Virus record (IMG/VR): IMGVR_UViG_3300031857_000002
Coordinates: 186,001-250,000 of that record
DNA: 64,000 nucleotides
Direction: 5' to 3' (one strand)
Made by a program: the position numbers and the translations under genes. Position 1 is the stretch's first letter. The number at the start of each line of letters is the position of its first letter. The notes under the pieces were generated by a model. The model did not search any database and had not been told where the DNA came from. It saw nothing but the letters and a program-made list of their open reading frames with translations. Shown piece by piece: positions 25,709 to 35,282 of this stretch.

Positions 25709-27153
25709 TTGCGCAGAGCCAGAGCCTTGCGTGTGGGTTTGCCATTGGGCTTTTTCATTGGACCTTTAACACCGCCCATTCTTGCGCAGAAACTCTTGCG
25801 ACGCTTGGCAGCTTTGGATCCAGGCTTGAGTTTTGAAGGCTTGGTTGTGACTGCTGTTTGTAGTTTAGAACCAGGATTCTCTCTACGATAGCTGGCCACA
25901 CCCTTGGCGTTGAGTCCGCCCTTGGCGCTCTTGCCTTCTTTACGACGCCAGGCTGCTGTTTCGTACAGCATGTGGTCATCCATGGCTTCAAATGTTTCCC
26001 ACACAAGATCAACACTTACGCCTTTCTTTCGAGCCATTTCCTCGGCTAACTGATCCATGGCTTCAAACATCTCATCCACTTCAGGATCTACTTCGTCTGA
26101 TGCTTCCTCTGAGTACATGTAATCCCACACACTAACCAACATTGACTTGGCCACTGCAATCTTTTCTTGACACCATTCAGGCAAGTTATCACCTGAGTTG
26201 ATTAGATCATCCAAGCCGTCAACTGCGCGATCAAGAGTTTCTAGGTTGTTTTCTACCATGCCTGCTTCGTCATCGTACTCGGGATTGTAGTCTTCTGCCA
26301 TGCCTTGTTGACCCGACATATCCATCAGTTGTCGAACATAGAAATTGTAATAACCACGACGGCTGTTGTATTCTCTATCGCCTAGCACAGTCTTTAATGC
26401 AGCCACAGCATCACTTGCTTCTGAACCCTGCATTATTTTTAATGCGTCAGTCACAAGTGAATCAACTCTTTGTGAACTTTCTGTCACACCTTTGTTGTGT
26501 GCTTTCCAGGCTGTGGCATAGGCAATTGATTTTTCTTTATCAGACAACTTGCCATCTTTGGCATAGCCTTTTTTGATATGCTTGACCATGCGTTCTGCTT
26601 TGGCACCTGGAGGTGCGGCTTCGTCTACACCGGCCTTTTTCTTTTTGGCAATGGCAATAGCAGCCTGTTGTGCAGGATTTGCGGCTTCCGCTACACTTTG
26701 CTTGGATTTAATAATATTTCTAATGTCTGTAGCATTTACCCAACGTTTGACTTCACTGCGTGGGTAATATGTCTTTGATCCATTGTTAGACGTAACACCT
26801 TCTAACTTTTTGGGGAAATTACCTATATGCAACACAAGTGTTCGTAATTCATTTGAAGTAATACCTAGTTTTTCTGCAATCTCTTGAAAGCTCCAGGTAG
26901 GCTCTCTCCAGTCTGGGTGTTTCATATTTCCTGGAATATGGATTCCTCTGAGCTCGGGGGTAGAATTAGTACTAGATGTAGATGGGGAATATGTACTATC
27001 AAAACCTTCTTCTACTGACTCAGCAGGCACACAGTTGTTCACACGCACACCACCCTTGACCTTGGTTTTAGGGTTGCCAATCTTTTTGCCTGTCCAACAT
27101 TTGGGATCCAAGCGGACTTTTTCTTCAGAAACAATAAAGTCATTAAATTTCAT
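25696..27153 (-). CDS. Modular probable internal head polyprotein (HTH-like module; C-terminal DUF6321-like module)
   Basis: Starts MKFNDFIVSE; modules bounded by VEE/VAE/VDE/VTE/MAE/LYE; SFQEIAEKLGITSNEL HTH; basic C-terminus RRKSFCARM...ALRKWNC. Confidence 0.65.
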   Translation of the reverse strand: MKFNDFIVSEEKVRLDPKCWTGKKIGNPKTKVKGGVRVNNCVPAESVEEGFDSTYSPSTSSTNSTPELRGIHIPGNMKHPDWREPTWSFQEIAEKLGITSNELRTLVLHIGNFPKKLEGVTSNNGSKTYYPRSEVKRWVNATDIRNIIKSKQSVAEAANPAQQAAIAIAKKKKAGVDEAAPPGAKAERMVKHIKKGYAKDGKLSDKEKSIAYATAWKAHNKGVTESSQRVDSLVTDALKIMQGSEASDAVAALKTVLGDREYNSRRGYYNFYVRQLMDMSGQQGMAEDYNPEYDDEAGMVENNLETLDRAVDGLDDLINSGDNLPEWCQEKIAVAKSMLVSVWDYMYSEEASDEVDPEVDEMFEAMDQLAEEMARKKGVSVDLVWETFEAMDDHMLYETAAWRRKEGKSAKGGLNAKGVASYRRENPGSKLQTAVTTKPSKLKPGSKAAKRRKSFCARMGGVKGPMKKPNGKPTRKALALRKWNC

Positions 27154-27671
27154 TATCTTGCCTTTTTGGGTTGTTGTGCAGGTTGCACAGCATGCGGTAC
27201 ATTTTTGTACACACGTCGAGCAGGATCGTACACAGTCCGTAACGGACCGGCTCCTGCTAGTTTTTTCATACGTGACAAGGCAGCATCAAATGCATCAGCA
27301 TCCATGTTGCCTACTTTTTCCTTGGACTCGTCAAACCAGTCGTCAGATTCATCGTCAGTCATGTCATCTGCTGGGTCTGAATCCGTCATGTCATCGGCAT
27401 CGCGATCATTGTAGTAGTCCCAGTCACTGTCGTAGTTTTGTGGATCGGGTGCAATGGGTGGTCGAGCGTCTTCTGGCATCATGCCGTGAGTTTTAACATG
27501 TGTATCTAGGTCATCACGCTGTTTAGACAGTTGTTGAATCAGTTGTTTGTTGCCAGTTTGTATTGCTTGTCTAAGTTTTTCTTGAATAGCATCTGCTTGA
27601 TCATGATAGTCATTCATTCGCATTGGCCCAGGAACTTTGACATCTTCGTCTATAATGTGATTGATTTTCAT
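27153..27671 (-). CDS. Probable internal head protein
   Basis: Starts MKINHIIDE; acidic middle; LSRMKKLAG motif. Confidence 0.6.
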   Translation of the reverse strand: MKINHIIDEDVKVPGPMRMNDYHDQADAIQEKLRQAIQTGNKQLIQQLSKQRDDLDTHVKTHGMMPEDARPPIAPDPQNYDSDWDYYNDRDADDMTDSDPADDMTDDESDDWFDESKEKVGNMDADAFDAALSRMKKLAGAGPLRTVYDPARRVYKNVPHAVQPAQQPKKAR

Positions 27672-29008
27672 TGTGGTAGTCCTGCTAGTTCACGCATGCG
27701 GCGTAGTTGTTGTGATTCATATGTACCAGTTCTAATTGCATCACCTTTTTGTTGAGCAGTGGCCTGACGCAGTTGATCTCTAGTGCGTCGAGCTTGGTCC
27801 AAGTCACTTACATTGGCAGGTAACGGAGGTTCTTCTTCAGCATCCACTGCACTCAGCTTGGTTGGTATGGGACTATCTGTCTTGGGCGGTGCAGGCTCAC
27901 CAAACAAGTCTGCCTGACTTTGATCCACATCAGGTTCAACAGGTTCCCCAAACTTGGCAGGCAATTCCGTGTCCTGTTGTGACACAGGCGGATTTGTAAG
28001 TGGTTGTGCCACAGGCGGATTTGTGAGTTGCTGTGTCATTTGACTCATGGCAGCACTTGTGCTAGGTTTGTCAAGTATGTCTATCGTGGGCATGGGTGCT
28101 GGTGCAGGTTTGACCATGGGTACGGTGGCGCCTAATGGTTTAAATGTACTGGAACCTGACTTGAGCTTTGCTGGCTCAGGGGCAGGTTTGCGCTGTTCAG
28201 CATCTGCGGCACGTTGTTGAGTCTTTTCTGCACGACCAGTTGATCCAACAGTTCCACTGCCATAACTTCTGGTATCTGTATCTGTGTCAGATTTTTTACT
28301 GCTGTCTGAGTCTTTCTTACGCTCAGGCTCTGCGCCTGTTTGACGATGCATGGCATCAAGCTCTCGACTGAGCTTGTCTAGTTCATCACTTAGGGCGTCG
28401 TTTTCGTCATCCAAGCTGCCTATCTTTTTGCTCTGCTGACGGTTAACATCACGCATTTGCACATCAATGTCGTCTTGGCGTTGATTGATTTTTGCTTGTG
28501 CTTGTAGTTCTTGCCCTGTGTTTTTTTGCACATCCATGTCGTACATGAGCAAGGCCTCCATGTCGCTCTGTGCCTGTGGGTACTTGGCATAGGCCTGACG
28601 TAGTGCTGTGCTCAATGCGGCACTGCGCACCGATCCACGGTCTAGATCAGAGTTTTTTTTAGAATCGCGTTCTAACAAGTTGGGCTGTTGTGCTGTGCCT
28701 GTTCTGCGACCTAGTTTTTGTAGCAATGAGTTAAACTTGTCCCCACGACTCATGACATCGTACACAAATGCATAACGATCCTGGTCTGCAGGCAAGGTAT
28801 CATAGTAGTTGGCCACTGCTTCAATATCAGCATCATCTAGTTCAATCACTTGATTGTTGCCAAAGTCCAACTGTAGGTTTCTGCTGAGTCTTGGGCGTTT
28901 GTTTACATAGGCTCTGTGTAGCAGGGCAAAGTTGCCTGTGCCCATGGCTCTACTGCCTGGTGGCCCAAACCCAAATTCCATCAGAGTGACAACGTCTGTT
29001 ATTTTCAT
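27668..29008 (-). CDS. Probable internal head/core protein, coiled-coil and low-complexity
   Basis: Starts MKITDVVTLME; ends LRRMRELAGLPQ; TAAATA 7 nt upstream. Confidence 0.6.
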   Translation of the reverse strand: MKITDVVTLMEFGFGPPGSRAMGTGNFALLHRAYVNKRPRLSRNLQLDFGNNQVIELDDADIEAVANYYDTLPADQDRYAFVYDVMSRGDKFNSLLQKLGRRTGTAQQPNLLERDSKKNSDLDRGSVRSAALSTALRQAYAKYPQAQSDMEALLMYDMDVQKNTGQELQAQAKINQRQDDIDVQMRDVNRQQSKKIGSLDDENDALSDELDKLSRELDAMHRQTGAEPERKKDSDSSKKSDTDTDTRSYGSGTVGSTGRAEKTQQRAADAEQRKPAPEPAKLKSGSSTFKPLGATVPMVKPAPAPMPTIDILDKPSTSAAMSQMTQQLTNPPVAQPLTNPPVSQQDTELPAKFGEPVEPDVDQSQADLFGEPAPPKTDSPIPTKLSAVDAEEEPPLPANVSDLDQARRTRDQLRQATAQQKGDAIRTGTYESQQLRRMRELAGLPQ

Positions 29009-29018
29009 GATATGTTAT

Positions 29019-29456
29019 TTATTTGCTTTTAATTCCAGCCAGTTGACTTAGTCTTGCAAGCTCTTGATCAGTTAAGGGTTTGTCTAGCTTGGGAACTTTT
29101 GGCTTGACATTGGTGGGATAGTATGCTGACTTTGCACGATTTTTTGTGCCTAGAATCTGCTGTGCTGGCACTCGAACGCCTTCGTCTAGATTCAATTCAC
29201 TGTGCGGGAAAGCAATATAACTGTTGCCATTTTCGTCACCTGTGCGTATTACAAACACACCTGCATCGTCGTCACCAGACTCGTCTTGACCTATTTCCCA
29301 GCCCATTGCGGCCAGGGTTTGTTGTGCTCGGGCCATTTGTTGTTCTGTGCCATTCCACCATTGTGCAGCCAACTGCCGTAGAATGTGTTCTTCGTCAGGC
29401 TCACGATCGTCGCCACCAGGTGGGGCAAATTCTTTTAAAATTTGGTCAATATTCAT
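29019..29456 (-). CDS. Probable internal head protein
   Basis: Starts MNIDQILKE; ends ELARLSQLAGIKSK. Confidence 0.6.
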   Translation of the reverse strand: MNIDQILKEFAPPGGDDREPDEEHILRQLAAQWWNGTEQQMARAQQTLAAMGWEIGQDESGDDDAGVFVIRTGDENGNSYIAFPHSELNLDEGVRVPAQQILGTKNRAKSAYYPTNVKPKVPKLDKPLTDQELARLSQLAGIKSK

Positions 29457-29995
29457 TATCGTATCCCCGCTGCCGACTGCAGAGCCAAAGTTTCGGGTGT
29501 GGGCTTGTGAACTTTCTTAGGCTCAATGCCTGCGGCTGTGCGTACTGAATTTAGATCATCTTCGTGAGTGGCACGATAATCAGCTGGGGTTAACGGCACA
29601 GTTTCGGTCATGGCTTCCACTGACCAAGGCTGTGTCTTGCCGTCATAACGCATGGTCCAGTCTTTGGCATCAAACTCTGTGAGTGTGCCTAGGTCTTCAA
29701 TCAGTGTGCCTACCTGCTTGGCCACATTGGGTCTGCGACGCAGTTCTGCGTACACTAGATATCGACTGGGTTTGATTTCGCCCGGGCTACGGTCCGCGTC
29801 CAGCACAAAATCATAGCCCTTTTCAAACCATGAAACTAGATCTTTTGCTGCCTGTAGATCACGCACAAAAAAGCTCACTACCACAATGTCATCATCGTCG
29901 CCCATTTTTGATGCAAATTCATCAATATGAACGGTGCTTTTCATTATGCCTTCTAGGTCTTTGTACTGTAGGCCTTCTAACAAGTGTCTAAACAT
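29456..29995 (-). CDS. Hypothetical phage protein
   Basis: Starts MFRHLLE; ends with two AAGI motifs. Confidence 0.6.
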   Translation of the reverse strand: MFRHLLEGLQYKDLEGIMKSTVHIDEFASKMGDDDDIVVVSFFVRDLQAAKDLVSWFEKGYDFVLDADRSPGEIKPSRYLVYAELRRRPNVAKQVGTLIEDLGTLTEFDAKDWTMRYDGKTQPWSVEAMTETVPLTPADYRATHEDDLNSVRTAAGIEPKKVHKPTPETLALQSAAGIR

Positions 29996-30594
29996 TATAC
30001 TACTCCTGGTGCTGGTGCTTGTGGCTGGCCGGGCACAGCAGCCAAGTCTTGTTGTGCGTTTTCTGCCTTGGCATCGCTTTGCGTTTCTTGTTTGTCAAGA
30101 TCCTGCTCATAGGCATTGTCCAATTCTTCTAGATCAATGTCTTGATCTTCCATTTCGATTGATCCTGTTTTGATGTCGCTCATTAGGCTTTTGGGCATAA
30201 CAATCTCCACCAGCCACACAGGCTTTTTCACAATCTTGGCCTTGTGTGTGCCAGGAATATAATCCGACGGATCTGTAATCTTTATTGGGATTTTCATTTC
30301 TACTCTGCGATAATTAACTTCGCAATCAAATGGCAATAATCTTTTTCCGCCTCTGGGATCAGGCATGAGTTTTTCGGGCCACATAAATGTACAGCCCACA
30401 CGATATTTTGTTATTTCTGGACCGGCAACCAATTCACCAATCTCCCAGTTTTTAAATGCGTAGATGTCTACTTCGTCCAGCACACGCTCAAAGTCCAACA
30501 GCGTGGTGATTGAACCATCGCTCATGTAGATATCGCGGATGTTGTCGGCTACTTGCCAGTAGTCTGAGTGGTCTTTAAAGAGTTCTTTGTCCAT
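29995..30594 (-). CDS. Hypothetical phage protein
   Basis: 199-aa ORF with acidic tail; TAAATA 7 nt upstream. Confidence 0.65.
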   Translation of the reverse strand: MDKELFKDHSDYWQVADNIRDIYMSDGSITTLLDFERVLDEVDIYAFKNWEIGELVAGPEITKYRVGCTFMWPEKLMPDPRGGKRLLPFDCEVNYRRVEMKIPIKITDPSDYIPGTHKAKIVKKPVWLVEIVMPKSLMSDIKTGSIEMEDQDIDLEELDNAYEQDLDKQETQSDAKAENAQQDLAAVPGQPQAPAPGVV

Positions 30595-30758
30595 GGTTGT
30601 ATATTTAGCACAACGGGACTCAAGGTGTATTTTGCTTTCACGTTCAACAAAGCCTAATACTTATACCAATAATCCACGGAAATCTGTCCACATATCTTGA
30701 AATTTCTACACCCGTAAATAACAGGTCCGAGAGGACTAACCCCATAGGAGAATTACAC

Positions 30759-31499
30759 TTGAGTAGAAATCGCGCTGCGAAAGCACAAAACAAACGTATG
30801 ATACAATCTGTAGAAAACACCATCAGCTTTACCCAACAAGCACCTAGAGTGGCTAATCGCCGCATAGACCTGATCCCTCGCACACGAAATCAGGAGAAGT
30901 TGGTGTTGGCTCTACAAGATGAAAGTCAGCACATTGTGGTCACAGTAGGACCTGCAGGTACTGGTAAGACTTATCTTGCTATGCAGGCCGCTGTCAAAGC
31001 CTTGAAAGAGGGGCAATGCGATAGGATAGTAATGACACGTCCGGCCGTGGGCGTAGAAGGAGAACAACACGGATTTTTACCAGGTAACTTAGTGGCCAAA
31101 ATGGAGCCATGGACTCGTCCCTTGTTGGATGTCATGCGAGAATATTATCGCCCTCAGGACATCGTAACCATGATAGAAGATCAGGTAGTGGAGATTGCGC
31201 CTCTGGCATTCATGCGCGGCCGCACCTTTAAAAACAGTTGGATTATAGCCGATGAAATGCAAAACGCAACTCCGGCCCAGGCCAAGATGTTAATGACCCG
31301 CATAGGAACGAACAGTAAGATAGTGATCACAGGAGACGTTGAACAAGCAGACCGTTCAAACGGCGACAACGGCCTGTTGGATCTATGTGAACGATTGGCA
31401 GCTACTTCAGTAGCAGGGATTGCTGTTTGTGCTCTAGAAGCACGTGATGTACAGCGTCATAAGATAATTGGATCAGTGTTGAAATTGTACGCAGATTAG
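30759..31499 (+). CDS. phoH: PhoH-like ATPase
   Basis: GPAGTGKT, MRGRT, IIADEMQN, ITGDVEQAD. Confidence 0.92.
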   Translation: MSRNRAAKAQNKRMIQSVENTISFTQQAPRVANRRIDLIPRTRNQEKLVLALQDESQHIVVTVGPAGTGKTYLAMQAAVKALKEGQCDRIVMTRPAVGVEGEQHGFLPGNLVAKMEPWTRPLLDVMREYYRPQDIVTMIEDQVVEIAPLAFMRGRTFKNSWIIADEMQNATPAQAKMLMTRIGTNSKIVITGDVEQADRSNGDNGLLDLCERLAATSVAGIAVCALEARDVQRHKIIGSVLKLYAD

Positions 31500-32110
31500 G
31501 AGGTGATTATCGCGTAAATTTCCCGCCAATTTTTTACAACCGGAATTTGCTTGTTGGCATGCGACATATTATGCCCATGCTCCATAAGGATGCTACGTAG
31601 ACCCAATGCGTGACCAACTTCAGCATTTTCCGGCTTGTCTTCTACCCACCAGCAACCTGAGTCACGATACTCAGCCAGTGCTTCATGCTTGTCTGCTCCG
31701 GTGTCCAAACAAACAACCCGCTCAAACGCAGTAGGACCAAACAACTTGTTCAGGTTCATTTCGCGCAGTTTGCCTGCTGATGGGTCTAGACTCAGACTAG
31801 TGACGCAGTGGAACACATAGCCGTGTTCTTCGTGCAGGCGTTTGACCCAGTACATGGCATCACGCAAGGGAGGTAAGAACCCAATTGCAGCCGACTCATT
31901 AAAGATCTTGATCAGTTTGCGACCTTGAGGGTGGTCTATGTTGTAGCGACGTCCAATGTCGTATTCAAACTCGCTACCGGCTTGTTTTACAAATCCGTGT
32001 GTTTCCATCCAGATACTAAATGCATACTCCCAGTTAAGCAGTACGCCATCAGCATCAACTAGGATCACTTGCTGACTCAACAGCGGGTTTGGGTTCTTCA
32101 GGTTTGACAA
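31496..32110 (-). CDS. HAD-superfamily 5'(3')-deoxyribonucleotidase-like protein
   Basis: DADGVL (DxDGV) and VEDKPENA. Confidence 0.75.
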   Translation of the reverse strand: MSNLKNPNPLLSQQVILVDADGVLLNWEYAFSIWMETHGFVKQAGSEFEYDIGRRYNIDHPQGRKLIKIFNESAAIGFLPPLRDAMYWVKRLHEEHGYVFHCVTSLSLDPSAGKLREMNLNKLFGPTAFERVVCLDTGADKHEALAEYRDSGCWWVEDKPENAEVGHALGLRSILMEHGHNMSHANKQIPVVKNWREIYAIITS

Positions 32111-32363
32111 TTTCGTATCCGTTTTCGTTGAACAAGCGTTCTATGGTACTTGCGTAGTGTTGATGATAATAACCGACTACTCGATCCCAGTCACGGGGAA
32201 CAACAGTACCATTCATTGTGCATTTTACTACAGAAAGCTTCTTGAAGTCAAGTATAACGTTACAGGTTTGGAGGTCTGAATTTTTAATTTTCTTGGCCAC
32301 AGCCATTACTTCATCAATCTTGCCGCCCGGACGTGTAACATAGGTAAGTATAAGGTATCTCAT
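32055..32363 (-). CDS. Hypothetical protein
   Basis: Start reassigned to MRYLILTY; TAAATA 5 nt upstream. Confidence 0.6.
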   Translation of the reverse strand: MRYLILTYVTRPGGKIDEVMAVAKKIKNSDLQTCNVILDFKKLSVVKCTMNGTVVPRDWDRVVGYYHQHYASTIERLFNENGYEIVKPEEPKPAVESASDPS

Positions 32364-32377
32364 AGGAATATTTACAC

Positions 32378-33046
32378 ATGTCGTTGCCTCTGCCATTTTT
32401 TTCTCAATATGAATGCCGAAATGAAACACTAGAAGTTTTTGCATCGGACCGTCGAGGAATAGTAGAATACAAGATAAACAATCTTGGATATCGCAACAAT
32501 ATTGATTATTTAGAATCTGACACTGAAGTAGGAGCATATTTTGGATCAAGTATTACAACTGCAATTGGTGTGCCCTTGAATCATGGATTTCCTCACATTA
32601 GTGCAACCAATTTGAATTCAAAGTGTTATCAATTTGGGCAAGGTTGTATGATGGTAGACAATCAAGAAAGTCTGCGGCTTCTGAAAGAAGTGTTGTCTAG
32701 TAGCTTGAATCCTCGATATTTTGTAATACAATTTATAAATCTTGGTCGCAGATACAATTACGAAAACGGTAGAGCAACCATGGAAGACAATGCTGACGAC
32801 AATATTAAATTATTTCATCAAACATTTAAAGAAATTGAAGAACTATTGAAAAATCAACCCTGGTGTTTTATAGGCACAGACAATGCAGGAGTTGATGTTG
32901 GCGACTATATAACAAAACACGCACACTGCGTGAAGTGGAATCTAAAATTTGTTGATCTTGCTGGGGTCGGAGAACACCCAGGATTCAAATGGCATCAAAT
33001 GATTGCCGCTGGTATTGTAAATAATTTACAAAAACAATTGTCTTAA
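32378..33046 (+). CDS. SGNH-like hypothetical
   Basis: YKINNLGYR...YFGSSITTAIGV; C-terminal GEHPG. Confidence 0.5.
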   Translation: MSLPLPFFSQYECRNETLEVFASDRRGIVEYKINNLGYRNNIDYLESDTEVGAYFGSSITTAIGVPLNHGFPHISATNLNSKCYQFGQGCMMVDNQESLRLLKEVLSSSLNPRYFVIQFINLGRRYNYENGRATMEDNADDNIKLFHQTFKEIEELLKNQPWCFIGTDNAGVDVGDYITKHAHCVKWNLKFVDLAGVGEHPGFKWHQMIAAGIVNNLQKQLS

Positions 33047-33655
33047 TCGATCATTCTTGCTGATCCATAGGTCGTAACCTGCTGCCAGTTTCTCATAATC
33101 TTTAACTTTACACTGACACACAGTTTCAACTATGTTGTAAAAAATTGATCGGTCAAACAGATCTTGTAGGTATAGTGGTTCTAGCAGAGTATTATTCCTC
33201 CAAGACCTTATATTTTTTGTCCAGTTTATTTCACAAGCATCAACTATGTTACTTGCATTTAACTTAGATTGTATAGGTTCTGTGTACGATGATTTCATAA
33301 AGTCTGCCATTCGCACCCGATCATTGGCAAATCTTTTAAACAAAAAAATATCCACGATGTCACGTGACATCGCATCTGGATAATCTATATAATATAGTTT
33401 ATGTGCAATCTTTGGGTAATAATCTAAATAATAATGCGTATTTTCAACCGGCAAGGTGTTAGATGAATCAACTGAGGCATTGCTGTTAAAGTAGTCTGCC
33501 TTGGTAATATGTTTAAATGTACTTGATAACTCTACCACTCCGTTGTTGCGTATTGTATAAGCAGACGACCCTGATAGTTGGTCCGAGCAAATGCCTGCTA
33601 AAAAATCGCCGGCACTTCCGCCATTGAAACAAATTATTGCTTGAATAGTTTGCAT
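33026..33655 (-). CDS. Hypothetical (GGSAG-F family)
   Basis: IICFNGGSAGDFLAGI near the N-terminus. Confidence 0.5.
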   Translation of the reverse strand: MQTIQAIICFNGGSAGDFLAGICSDQLSGSSAYTIRNNGVVELSSTFKHITKADYFNSNASVDSSNTLPVENTHYYLDYYPKIAHKLYYIDYPDAMSRDIVDIFLFKRFANDRVRMADFMKSSYTEPIQSKLNASNIVDACEINWTKNIRSWRNNTLLEPLYLQDLFDRSIFYNIVETVCQCKVKDYEKLAAGYDLWISKNDRLRQLFL

Positions 33656-34185
33656 AACAACTTGTATGTAATTAGATGTGTACTAATACCCATGTGTGTG
33701 TTGCTAACGTCGGTATCAACATTAGGAACACCCGAAAAACAATTTTTATAAGACATTTTGTCTCCGCAAAATGCCTGTATAAATCCCAACTTGCTTAGTT
33801 GTCTGCTATAAAGATCTAGAGATTCGGTATTTCTGTTAACCCAGTATACAAATTTTTTTGTTGCCTTGTTAAAAGCAGAAGAGTGCAGATAATTGTCAAC
33901 GATTAAAAACACATCATCGTTATTGTAAATCCCAGCTAACCCATAATTGTGGGACAAAGGAAACATGGACGGAAATATATAATTGTGTGCTACTCCAATG
34001 CCAAATACTGAACTACACCCAAAAAACGCATGATCGGGCACAAAGTCAAAATCCACCAACGAGCGAAACCCTTGTTGGTTAAATTGATAATCAATTATTC
34101 CAGTCTGATCCAAACCAAATTGATTAACAGTTTGGCCTTGACAGCGAATCATTCCCGGAACATGGTTGGTTACCCAAGTTGACAT
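33634..34185 (-). CDS. SGNH-like hypothetical
   Basis: YQFNQQGFRS...FFGCSSVFGIGV; C-terminal DVSNTH. Confidence 0.5.
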   Translation of the reverse strand: MSTWVTNHVPGMIRCQGQTVNQFGLDQTGIIDYQFNQQGFRSLVDFDFVPDHAFFGCSSVFGIGVAHNYIFPSMFPLSHNYGLAGIYNNDDVFLIVDNYLHSSAFNKATKKFVYWVNRNTESLDLYSRQLSKLGFIQAFCGDKMSYKNCFSGVPNVDTDVSNTHMGISTHLITYKLLCKLFKQ

Positions 34186-35093
34186 AGTTCAATCAAGGTA
34201 GCACTCAAGTTGATTTCTGTATCTGCTACAGAGTTGTTGTTTACTAGCCCATTGCGAATAATCACAATAGCTTGGTCTTGGCGTTCAGGAGTGTCTCCCC
34301 ACAATTCCAAATTGTCATACATCCAGCGAAACACATCTTCTGCTTCTTCAGGATTGGAGTTCTGACACAGCACCGTTCGGGCTTCACGTACCTTGCCACG
34401 CTTGAACAAATCCACACATTCCAGTCGCCAGTCTCTAGCACTCTTGTCTGCGGCACTGGGTTGTTTGAGCTCACCTGTCTGACTGTTCAACTGCACAAGA
34501 TTCAAACACTTGCGAAGGTCAGGGTATGTGGCCTTGATGTAACTGTCTAGAACATCTGCAGAAAATGTAACTTTTTCATTGTCAAGTACATGGACCACCC
34601 TACCAAAAAAATCTATATGATCTGTCTTTACAATGTGGAATCCTTGGCATCTGCTGTGGATTGGGGCAATGATTTTGTGTGGGTAGTTACAAGTAAGAAT
34701 AAAGCGCACAGTCTGCGAATAGTCTTCCATCAAGTTACGCAAGGCAGGCTGCACTGAATCTTTGTTCATGTAGTCTGCTTCATCAATCAGCACGACCTTG
34801 AACTTGCCAAACGGCATGGTCTGACAAAAGCCAATCAGCTTGTCTACCCATTCAATCTTGCGAGCTTCTTTAGAACCATTGGCCCACATAACGTCATATT
34901 CATCCACGCCTAGCTCGTTGATCAACAGCTTGGCCAATGTGGTCTTGCCTGTGCCTGCTGAGCCACTCAACATCAAATGCGGAATTGATCCGTCTTTGAT
35001 CCACTGTTGTACTTGCTCACGCTGTGATTGGTCTACAAACACATAACCGTCCACTGTGTTGGGACGGTACTTCTCTACCCATAACTCTTTCAT
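34170..35093 (-). CDS. Clamp loader AAA+ subunit (RFC small / T4 gp44-like)
   Basis: WVEKYRP, GSAGTGKT, LIDEAD, SRC motif, DLRKCLN. Confidence 0.93.
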   Translation of the reverse strand: MKELWVEKYRPNTVDGYVFVDQSQREQVQQWIKDGSIPHLMLSGSAGTGKTTLAKLLINELGVDEYDVMWANGSKEARKIEWVDKLIGFCQTMPFGKFKVVLIDEADYMNKDSVQPALRNLMEDYSQTVRFILTCNYPHKIIAPIHSRCQGFHIVKTDHIDFFGRVVHVLDNEKVTFSADVLDSYIKATYPDLRKCLNLVQLNSQTGELKQPSAADKSARDWRLECVDLFKRGKVREARTVLCQNSNPEEAEDVFRWMYDNLELWGDTPERQDQAIVIIRNGLVNNNSVADTEINLSATLIELCQLG

Positions 35094-35281
35094 GTTCTTC
35101 CTTGTGGAATGTTTTTGCCTAGGTGTCGTTCAAAAGAGCTCTCAATGTTTTGCATGTCCTCCGGAAGTGGTGGCGGAACATAACGAGGCTTGGGCTCTTT
35201 CTTGCCAAAGATCTCACTATGTCTAGCTGCCAATTCTTCTTGACTAACAATTGATGGACGTGGTCTTGAACCTTTACTCAT
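35090..35281 (-). CDS. Small hypothetical protein
   Basis: 63-aa ORF with ATGA overlap onto the clamp loader gene. Confidence 0.55.
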   Translation of the reverse strand: MSKGSRPRPSIVSQEELAARHSEIFGKKEPKPRYVPPPLPEDMQNIESSFERHLGKNIPQGRT

Positions 35282-35282
35282 T

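Noticed and set aside
27340-28040. Short direct repeats (DDMTD x2; LTNPPV x2)
   Set aside because: These are in-frame micro-duplications in disordered regions, with no sign of a separate function.
30595-30758. tRNA or structured ncRNA in the larger intergenic gaps (also 53119-53231 and 56032-56167)
   Set aside because: I found no cloverleaf or T-loop motif; the gaps are explained by promoters and leaders.
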